DNA of 64,000 nt. Source: Eledone cirrhosa. Its lineage: Eukaryota. Position numbers and translations under genes: made by a program. The stretch is taken from NCBI GenBank assembly GCA_964016885.1, contig OZ024741.1, positions 86,738,001 to 86,802,000 of the forward strand, read 5' to 3'. Positions within the stretch are counted from its first letter, which is position 1. Each line of letters opens with the position of its first letter. Positions 13,126-21,597 of the stretch are shown here, piece after piece. Under the pieces are notes generated by a model, which worked only from the letters and a program-made list of their open reading frames with translations, did no database searches and had not been told where the DNA came from.

Positions 13126-13653
13126 CTAGCAGAAAACCACCCAGAAGGCGGTTTTCTGCTAGTCTATATATATATTACACACAGAGAAATGTATATATAT
13201 TTCTGTGTGTGTATATATATATATATATATTACACACACAGAAATGTATATATATTTCTGTGTGTATATATATATATATATTACACACACAGAAATGTAT
13301 ATATATTTGTGTGTGTATATATATATATATATATATAACACACACACAGAAATGTATATATGTTTCTGTAGCACTCCTCAATTCCCCCCTCTCTCCCTCC
13401 CGCTATCCCCCTCTTGTAGTCTGTCTCTTTATTTCACTCTCTCTCTCTACGTGTGCGCAAAAAACATTCTCACGCGCGCACGTTTTTTAGCGTCTATTCA
13501 CTCTCCCTCCCGCTATCCCCCTCTCGTAGTCTGTCTCTTTCTGTCACTCTCACTCCCTCTCTACGCGTGCGCAAAAAGCATTCGCATGCGCGCACGTGTT
13601 TCCACTGTCGGACAGACAGACAGAGAAATTGCTGGTTATATATTATAAGGAGA
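13126..13653 (-). mobile_element. Minimal Helitron unit (terminal palindrome plus 5' module)
   Basis: 5' end TCTCCTTATAATATATAACC at 13653; 3' end hairpin and CTAG at 13126; paralog at 50660-51205. Confidence 0.75.
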
Positions 13654-14998
13654 CTAGCAGAAAACCACCCGGTGGGCGGTTTTCTGCTAGCAAATCTAGT
13701 GTATATACTGATATTTTTGAGATTTGGATGAGAAAGGTTTTCGGCACCACATGTTCACCGTCTCTCGGTGTATCTTTTATGCATGTATAAATATATATGT
13801 TATCTATACGGTGAAATCTTTGAAATAAATATATGTTAAAACGAAAAAGGAGAAAAAGAGATTAGTGACGGAAATATAAACGTTATGATACATAAACGTT
13901 ATGATATAACGATGGAAATATATAAACGTTTATGATAAAATGATGGAAATAGAAACGTTTATATATAATGATAAGCCGAAACACGCGTAAGCCGAAACAC
14001 TCGTAAGTCGAAACACTCGTAAAGCGAAACGTATAAATAAAGATTAATGTAATGAATTTGAAAAGCATAGAGATTTGAAACCGCGTCTATAGGTGTGTAA
14101 ATTTCAGACAGACAGACAAACAAACAGAGAAATGCCCATTATATATTATAAGTAGACTATCTAGTACCCGTCCTTTGAACGGGTGAAGTAGCTTTCGATG
14201 TAGCTCATTAAAGTAAACAAAGTAAATTTGAATACATAGAAGAAATACGTACTTTATGTAAACATGAAAACTTAGCGCGTGATGGCTTAAACTTAAATAA
14301 CTTTTAATGTATGTGTGTGTAAACCAGTGTTCGAAATCGGAGACGCTGGTCGCGGAGAAAGATAACTCTTGTCATACTTAATCACGAACATTGGCAAAAA
14401 TAATCCAAATTTTGATATATCTCCAAAGGCCGCAATATCGATTTTTGAAAACCTGTGCCGCTCAATTACAGGTCTTATGCTAGAAGAAGCTCTGTAAAAA
14501 AATTTCAAAGAAATAGGATATATGAACCATCAATGAAAACAGATGTCGACACACACAAGCCTGTACTGAGAGATTGGAAGAAACCTGTGCAAAGTTTGAC
14601 CCATTGTCACTTTTATCGATTTTTTACCTAAAAAAAGTGGTTGTCAATTATTCGCAATATTGTGCCGACCTGCCCTGATAAATTTATGCTTGATTACAAA
14701 AAAAAATATTGAAAATCGGCGTTGCGGATCAAAAGTTGCTGCATCACAGACACAGAGAGACAGAGAGACAGACAGACAGACAGCAAGATATGTATATCTA
14801 TTTTTTTTTATAAAGCTTATATAATAATTTGTTGAATAATTATTATTTTTAATTAATATTTTAAAATTACCAAGAGATGAGAAGCATCAAGAGAGTTATC
14901 AAGAGAGCCAATTATCAACAGAGTCAATTATCAAGCGAGTCAATATGCACTTTGAATTTTTTTCCTATTAATATTTTAATTAGAATTTAATTTTGTTA

Positions 14999-15110
14999 GC
15001 CAAAGATACCTCAATTTTTAACAAAATCAGAATTAGAAAGGTTGTTTCTCCTCGATTTCGTTTTTAAAAAAATAAGGTATTTCGTCCTTTTTAGGACTCA
15101 TCAGTTTGGC
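14999..15110 (-). ncRNA. Type I hammerhead ribozyme in the RepHel 3' UTR
   Basis: Minus strand reads GCCAAA-CTGATGA-GTCCT-AAAA-AGGAC-GAAA-TACCT...AGGTA-TC-TTTGGC. The core is complete, stems I, II and III pair perfectly, and AUC cleavage is predicted between 15005 and 15004. Confidence 0.9.
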
Positions 15111-15136
15111 ATAAACGATGAATACATTGTTACACT

Positions 15137-18100
15137 TTAGTTCCTAAAAACCTCAAGAAAGACAACATTTTTTACTACACCATTCTGGTTTTCGGGAACT
15201 AAAATCGTAACATTTGCCGGATTTGTTACCCTGCTTATTGCAACATAGAACTGGCCATGCGAAAAGAAATCATTCAGGCAGCTTATACCAATATGTGATT
15301 TGTTGGAGGTCATCGCAAACGATAATTTAACAGGAAACTGTTTCCGGTAAAAATCGAATGGAACCCTCTCTTCTTCGCTATGAAGCTCAATTCTAGGCAA
15401 ATGAAACAATTGTCCCTTCTGAGGGCCCACCGCTACTTCGAGTTCGAGTATTCGTGTGTGGATATTTTTTACAACGTATTGAGTACCGTTGCAATGTCCC
15501 TCGGCGGGACATATGTTTCTGAGCAGAATAACCGGAGCACCTATCTTCAGTTTCAAAAGGTGATCCGGCATTCCAGGAAGAACTATCGAGTTCAAAGTGT
15601 CCACTGAAACATGATGCTTTCGGTCTGTTTGCTCGTGGTTACGATCAAACGAAGGGATTACTATTTCCCTACCGGGCAATCTGTCAAGGACTTTTTGATT
15701 GATCTCGTCTACATCCTTATTCGTGGGAGTAATGATTGCGCGATCGGTCACCCAATTCACATAATCATTCTCGCCCAACCTAGTTGACACATTAGGGTAT
15801 ATCCTATCTATCAATGGGTCAGGCGTGTCACCTGTCATGAGAAACTGAGGGGGGACTTCAAAGTTGTGGGTCCTCCGATTGTCCTGTCTGCGATTGGCGA
15901 CACCATCCCCAATCCTCAAAAGGAGGGCTTTAAAATCAATGGAAGCCTGATCGATCCCGTTGACCCTCATGTTTGTATTCAACTTGAAAATGTTGAAAGT
16001 ATTCCACGATGGGTGATTTTTTAAAGTAGAAGCGACAATTTGTGGTCGCTCTCCATTAGGATCAACTGGGAGAACTTGTCGCCAATCGCCGGAGAGTAGC
16101 ATGGTGACACCTCCGAAGGTTTTCTTGGATGGTTCCACCCCTCCGCGGACAAATCTTAGAGTTTTATCCAAAAACTCCATCAGGTCCCTACTGAACATGG
16201 GGGCCTCGTCCCAAATAATCAGGTCAAGTTTCGCAAGTTCCTTTGCGAGTTTTGATCCCTTCTGGATACTAATCGCTGTTTTATCTTGCGGATTCAAAGG
16301 CAACTTCATCCTTGAGTGCAAGGTTGTGCCGCTTTTAAGCAATAGTGCCGCAATGCCAGATGAGGCGCAAGCAGTCACCTTGTAACCCTCACTGGCAACC
16401 TTTTCTACTATCGCATTGATAAGATAAGTCTTGCCAGTTCCCCCGGGTGCGTCCACGAAAAAGTTTTTTCCCGAATTCTGCCTCACCGATTCCAATACGG
16501 AGTCGTAGAGCGCCCGCTGATCAGCATTCAGGGAGTTTTCAACCTCCAAAATGGACTCCGAGCTTGCTGTGCTCTCATAAGAAATCCCAATTTTCTGATT
16601 CTCAGGCACTCTAACCTCCTCGATTGGCTGGGGAATGTTGCAAGTATCCATTTTGGTGCCGTAATTTAGCAGGTAAGCGTAAACCTGGTGCAATGCCCTA
16701 TTGTGTATGATATCCACATCCGCAATGGGGTCTGCTCGGACTAAATCATGTGACATCCAGTCTTTGTGGTCATTCCACAGTGACAGGGCGTCAGTCGGCT
16801 TCCAAAAGTGGATAAGCATTGCGAACATCCTCCGCATCATGCGAGAGCTCATCGAAATCTGAGCATCATGCAATACTAAACTGATTTCGTTGTCCGCCTC
16901 CATGAGCTTGCGGAATACTGCTGCCTCTTTGAAGGTCGGAAAAACTTGATCGCCTACTGTTCTGAGATCGGTGTAGCACTTGGGACCTTTTGTTTTTAAA
17001 AGCAAAAGGTAGAGGGCGAAGGTTTCCTGATTACCACCTGAGTTTGGTAAAATGTTCGGCATGCGGGATATCTGATCACCCCTGGGAATGCCGAACTCAG
17101 GATCATTCTCGCCCTGTACTCGACGCTTCCAAAACCTTTCTTGGACCATCCAGACGTAAAATTTCGGAATATCCAAATACAAAAAATTGTTGGCCTTTTC
17201 ATCTTCTCGATTGAGAGTGAAAAATTCGGTCAATTTCGTCTTGGATAGTTTTTCCAGGGTTTTTGAATCGGGTTTAGCTAACTTGGGGTCATAAAAAACT
17301 TTTTGTTTCCCTTCGAGGTGGATATCCAGCTTTAGGATCGAGGGGTACATTCCGTATTGGGCCAGGCAGAGTAACCACCACATCGCCTCAACGCTGGACA
17401 TATACCTACCGTTAAGGTATATCCTAACCTCGTTCTTTTCCTGGTCATCCATAAGGTTCCCCTGGTCATCACAGACCTTTTCCACCTTATAGTTGATGTG
17501 GTCGGCACCTTTTAGTATATATTGAAATATAGTGACCCCGGCCACCACCTCTACGTTAATGTGGCACTGAAATATGATCCCAAGAAAAAGATTGTGTGGA
17601 ACAACATCCCTGCTTGTTACCACACACTTTTTTTTACCTTTCTGATGAATTTCCACCTGTCCACCATTATTATCGGGCGTTCTACGCCTGTATTCAGGGT
17701 AGTTAGCCTCGTTAAAATTGGTCACATTGTTATAGTCCTTCGGAAACATCTTAGAGCAAGAAGTTCCGTTTTGGGACTTTTTACACTGCTTCATACAAGG
17801 ACACCGGGGATTAAAAACACCGCAAGGACCGTGGATCATTTTTGTAATCACAAAATTATAGGCCAGCTTCTGATTTTTGGTATCCCCTGTCGGGATTTCA
17901 GCGCTAATGAGACTATCAACATCCTCCGTGGATGAAATCTTATCGGTCTCGGCCAACCAAATTAAAGCGTGGACATGTGGGAGGCCTCTTTTCTGAAATT
18001 CTATTTTGTAAGTGTATGCAACACATTTACCAAAAATACCTCTCTTTTTGATTTTCACATCAAAAAGAAGCCTCACACGTTCCATGAAACTCCTGCAAAT

Positions 18101-19480
18101 TAGATCAGGCCTAAATTTTGCAGTTTCATCTTTATTATTTCGAGATAATTCTTCTATTTCAGGCAGTTTAGGATTGGAGGTCATGGTCACAAAAAGGTCT
18201 GGACATCCAAATTCTCTGACCAGTGCCATTGAATCTCGGTACAATTTTTTGTACCACTTTGGAGTCCCAGGAGTCGATTCGGACAGGACGACGCCGACTC
18301 CAACCTCTGCAGGATTTTCACAATCCTTTAGAGTGTCGACCGATTCAAACCTATATGACCCCTTAATCCTTTGCTGATGCTTAACCTGAAACTGGAAATT
18401 AATGTAATCCAGACGCATTTTCATGTCTATCGCATACTGGTGCAACAGATTACCGCTCAATATAAGAGGGTTGAAAAAATTGTCCTGGACCATTAAATAG
18501 TACTTGATATACTGCAACAAAGTTTCTTTATGGCCAGTTTCTGTTTTTGGGTTCCAACGGCTCCACCCATTTTGGCCATAATTGAAAATAAGGGGATAGC
18601 CCAGAGGTTCATAAAACGGGCTTAGGAAGTCAACACGGACGTATCCTTGTTTTCCTGCCCGTTTTCTCATTAAAATGACCCTCCCAAGTTCCTTAATATC
18701 CTTCTCTTGGTAGAGCCCCGCTATTTCAGACACCGTAGGGAGAAGATGAGTTTTATTGGCAGGCAGACAATCCCCTAACACCAGCCTATATTCGGGCATC
18801 TGTTCGAGCATTTCGTATCCCGTTTTGAAAGTTCTTGATAGAATATTCTCATCCAGGATGAAATCATTGAACTTAGCCTGGATATAGTTCAGAATTGCAC
18901 GGTACCGAGGCTCGAACTCAAATTTTTCCCTCTCGAGTTTTTGGGTCTCCTTATCAAAGATGTGCACCTGAGCATATCTAGGTCTTTGGCCTGCTTGCGG
19001 CTCAAGTCGGACCATCGTTTGATACGAAAACCCATGAATTTTCATACTCGGCTTCACTTCACCGATTGGAAGCTCAGTACAGTGCATATTACTGAAGGCA
19101 AATCCTGTGTTAAGACACCTTGAGAATTTAGCGAACATTTTTGCATATTCGTCATTACCCTCATATAAACTGGCGATTTCCTCCCCTGGGCGTTCAAATT
19201 CAGGGAGTTTAACCTTGCCATTCATGCAACACAATCCAGGTGGCTCTAAGGGCAATTTGTACGCCCCGCAATGCTCACACGGATTGTCCTTATATTTGAG
19301 GTGGATTATCTCCGAGTCGAAATCCACCTCATCTATGGGCTTAAAAGCAATACGGAAGTATTTTGGGTCCTTTTTGAAGGTCCTATTGTAATAGGCCTCA
19401 GAGTGCCCAACTTTGTCCTTGTTCAATCTGATTTCCTGTTCTTCGGTAGTCTCAGATTGCTGAGTAGCATCTTTATGCAC
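15137..19480 (-). CDS. Helitron Rep/Helicase (HUH endonuclease + Pif1-like SF1 helicase), probably defective
   Basis: N-terminal CxxC..CC (CEHCGA..CCMNG); Rep motifs PDLFVTMTSNP, EFQKRGLPHVH and QYILKG; helicase motifs APGGTGKT, IIWDEAPM, GDWRQVLPV, HCNGT and FSHGQFYVAISRV. Starts at GTG rather than ATG. Confidence 0.95.
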   Translation of the reverse strand: MHKDATQQSETTEEQEIRLNKDKVGHSEAYYNRTFKKDPKYFRIAFKPIDEVDFDSEIIHLKYKDNPCEHCGAYKLPLEPPGLCCMNGKVKLPEFERPGEEIASLYEGNDEYAKMFAKFSRCLNTGFAFSNMHCTELPIGEVKPSMKIHGFSYQTMVRLEPQAGQRPRYAQVHIFDKETQKLEREKFEFEPRYRAILNYIQAKFNDFILDENILSRTFKTGYEMLEQMPEYRLVLGDCLPANKTHLLPTVSEIAGLYQEKDIKELGRVILMRKRAGKQGYVRVDFLSPFYEPLGYPLIFNYGQNGWSRWNPKTETGHKETLLQYIKYYLMVQDNFFNPLILSGNLLHQYAIDMKMRLDYINFQFQVKHQQRIKGSYRFESVDTLKDCENPAEVGVGVVLSESTPGTPKWYKKLYRDSMALVREFGCPDLFVTMTSNPKLPEIEELSRNNKDETAKFRPDLICRSFMERVRLLFDVKIKKRGIFGKCVAYTYKIEFQKRGLPHVHALIWLAETDKISSTEDVDSLISAEIPTGDTKNQKLAYNFVITKMIHGPCGVFNPRCPCMKQCKKSQNGTSCSKMFPKDYNNVTNFNEANYPEYRRRTPDNNGGQVEIHQKGKKKCVVTSRDVVPHNLFLGIIFQCHINVEVVAGVTIFQYILKGADHINYKVEKVCDDQGNLMDDQEKNEVRIYLNGRYMSSVEAMWWLLCLAQYGMYPSILKLDIHLEGKQKVFYDPKLAKPDSKTLEKLSKTKLTEFFTLNREDEKANNFLYLDIPKFYVWMVQERFWKRRVQGENDPEFGIPRGDQISRMPNILPNSGGNQETFALYLLLLKTKGPKCYTDLRTVGDQVFPTFKEAAVFRKLMEADNEISLVLHDAQISMSSRMMRRMFAMLIHFWKPTDALSLWNDHKDWMSHDLVRADPIADVDIIHNRALHQVYAYLLNYGTKMDTCNIPQPIEEVRVPENQKIGISYESTASSESILEVENSLNADQRALYDSVLESVRQNSGKNFFVDAPGGTGKTYLINAIVEKVASEGYKVTACASSGIAALLLKSGTTLHSRMKLPLNPQDKTAISIQKGSKLAKELAKLDLIIWDEAPMFSRDLMEFLDKTLRFVRGGVEPSKKTFGGVTMLLSGDWRQVLPVDPNGERPQIVASTLKNHPSWNTFNIFKLNTNMRVNGIDQASIDFKALLLRIGDGVANRRQDNRRTHNFEVPPQFLMTGDTPDPLIDRIYPNVSTRLGENDYVNWVTDRAIITPTNKDVDEINQKVLDRLPGREIVIPSFDRNHEQTDRKHHVSVDTLNSIVLPGMPDHLLKLKIGAPVILLRNICPAEGHCNGTQYVVKNIHTRILELEVAVGPQKGQLFHLPRIELHSEEERVPFDFYRKQFPVKLSFAMTSNKSHIGISCLNDFFSHGQFYVAISRVTNPANVTILVPENQNGVVKNVVFLEVFRN

Positions 19481-19549
19481 ACGGTCTTTTTCCTTCCTTA
19501 TGCCTTTTGAGTCCTAAGACCCCTGACCACTAGAACGCTGCCTATCTTT

Positions 19550-20743
19550 TCACTGCTTTTCAAGTCGCTTATTTCTTTGCGACTCGGTTTCAGAGGCCTT
19601 TTGAGCTTTTCTGCGTAAAGCTGTTTTCGCAGAGGCTTCGGTGCACTTATGCTGAGCCATATACTCAGCAACCAAAACTGGATCCAAAAAATATGTGGGC
19701 TTGCGTTTGGAATCTTCTGTCGGTTTTGCAGCTAGCAAAGTTTTATCAGCTGGAGGCGAAACTACCGCAGCTGGCAATACGTCTGCAGTGATTCCAGGCA
19801 ATTCGTTTCCAGTTTTGGTTATTTTTGGACTTTTTTGATCTTCCTCAATTATAATTGGCTTTTTATTGCCTTTTATAGTTGGGATTTGAGCTAAAACCGG
19901 GTTGGACAGAAAGGTTGAGGTTTTTCCATAATGATTTTCTTGGAAATTTATCATCAAGGGGTCAGATAGGTGTGCAGCCAGACCTAGTTGATTTAAATTA
20001 GAAAAAGTTTTTCTAATAGGGTCGAAAACAAAAACATTCTCATATAAAATGGGATTCACAACTTCCCTGCGATTTAAAAAATTAGACTCCAAAATTTTAT
20101 TGATATTATAGCAATGCCTGAAAATTTTTCTGAGCAGATAAATTTGATTCTGAGTGGAAAACTCAAAATTTGTGGGATTAGAATTTAGAACCCATATCAA
20201 AGAATATAAAATTGCAAAAAGACCACAATCAGTTCCATTAGTCTGCTGCTGCACATTTAGAACCCTGAACCTAAAAACGAAATTTGGGGTCAAGGAAAAA
20301 GTTTTGAATCCATTCAGAATTCCAATTTTTTTCACTGTAGCCCTGTGTCCATCATCAAGGTAATATTTAATCCGACCAAAAAAGTCAAAATTTTTGAAGT
20401 GAAGACCCGAATCTGCCAGCTCAAGCACAGGTAATGAGTCTGCATAACCAAACTTGAAAGTCAAGAAATGGTGACTGTCGCAAATAACGCCAACAGAGGC
20501 AGACTCATTAGAGCCAATAGAATTTTCCCCAATATAATATGGGCCGAAGCCGAAAAAAATTTTGTTTGGCAGCTCTAATTGCGCCTTAATTTTATTCAAA
20601 AAATTGTATACTAACATATTTGAATACCAGGCACTATTGGAATCAACAATAGCAGCGTCCTGAAGGTCATTACCAAACACAAATTCGCGAGAATTAGTGT
20701 TTAAGGCTTGGAAGGTGGTAAAAAAATGCACAAAATCTTCCAT
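19550..20743 (-). CDS. Ulp1/C48-like (clan CE) cysteine protease domain ORF, in frame with RepHel
   Basis: Order WYSN..VYNFL, SHHF (His), LADS (Asp), QQTNGTDCGLF (Gln/Cys) matches SUMO-protease-type catalytic motifs; the C-terminus ETESQRNKRLEKQ resembles the charged repeats at RepHel N-termini. Confidence 0.75.
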   Translation of the reverse strand: MEDFVHFFTTFQALNTNSREFVFGNDLQDAAIVDSNSAWYSNMLVYNFLNKIKAQLELPNKIFFGFGPYYIGENSIGSNESASVGVICDSHHFLTFKFGYADSLPVLELADSGLHFKNFDFFGRIKYYLDDGHRATVKKIGILNGFKTFSLTPNFVFRFRVLNVQQQTNGTDCGLFAILYSLIWVLNSNPTNFEFSTQNQIYLLRKIFRHCYNINKILESNFLNRREVVNPILYENVFVFDPIRKTFSNLNQLGLAAHLSDPLMINFQENHYGKTSTFLSNPVLAQIPTIKGNKKPIIIEEDQKSPKITKTGNELPGITADVLPAAVVSPPADKTLLAAKPTEDSKRKPTYFLDPVLVAEYMAQHKCTEASAKTALRRKAQKASETESQRNKRLEKQ

Positions 20744-21119
20744 TCTTTTTTAAAAAAAATTTATTTTTAATAATATTTAAATAACTGGCGGTTAGAAAAA
20801 AATATTCCTATGAAATTTTAATCATACCATTAGGTGTGAATAAGGAAATATTTTTTTATTGTCAAAACAAATGTTCAAAAGTTAAACTTCAATTTTTTGA
20901 ACTATTTCCAACTTTTTCATGAAATTGAACACTGGACATTGGCTGCTGGAAATGGAAATTAAATCGTATTTAATTGTATTTAAATTTCTAACCTTATTTT
21001 ATTATTTTTATTTTTTCAATAAGAAATAAAAAAAAAACAACAAAAAAAAAATGGAGAAAAAAATTGAACAAATCAAATGTAGATTATGGAACTGCGCAAT
21101 CTGATTAATAAATTACCTC

Positions 21120-21285
21120 ATCAGCAGCAACCTTCTTCAAACGGTCCTTATTATCAGCAGCAACAACCACAAATTCAATGGCAACCTTCTTCAAACCACA
21201 AATTCAATGGCAACCTTCTTCAAATGGTCCTTATTATCAGCAGCAACAACCACAAATTCAATGGCAACCTTCTTCAAATGGTCCT
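21120..21285 (+). repeat. Q/P-rich minisatellite (54-nt and 29-nt units) in the Helitron 5' region
   Basis: CAGCAGCAACAACCACAAATTCAATGGCAACCTTCTTCAAATGGTCCTTATTAT units; copy number differs at ~25200, ~28920 and ~58612. Confidence 0.85.
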
Positions 21286-21507
21286 TGGCATGGTGTCGTC
21301 AGAACCGCCTCGAACTGGTTACTTCTGGCTTGTGCAAGGTGTCTCTATAGCAACCAGCGATTCCCTCGGCCTCAGTGACCAAAGTTAGTGGAGAGGGGAA
21401 GGTAATGTTTCTATAGCGACAGTGTTTCTCTTGGTAGTACCAAAGTGGAGAAAGGAAGGGGAAGGTAATATTTCTGTAGCACCTACATTTGAGTTTTAGG
21501 GAAGGAA

Positions 21508-21554
<47 letters not shown>

Positions 21555-21597
21555 GAAATGCCCATATATTTCTGTGTGTGTATATATATATATATAT

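Noticed and set aside
13159-13790. YIYI/THTE-rich ORFs here and at 23958-24791, 50677-51342 and 58978-60745
   Set aside because: Translations of (TA)n/(CA)n microsatellites and Helitron terminal modules.
15380-19510. Plus-strand ORFs overlapping RepHel
   Set aside because: Antisense shadows without recognisable motifs.
15137-20743. Helentron classification
   Set aside because: No C-terminal AP endonuclease, and the termini are TC...CTAG at an A|T site, as in canonical Helitrons.
21100-21130. CTGATGA on the minus strand upstream of the protease ORF as a second Helitron hammerhead
   Set aside because: No stem II or GAAA follows at a workable distance; it is part of the CAG-rich repeat.
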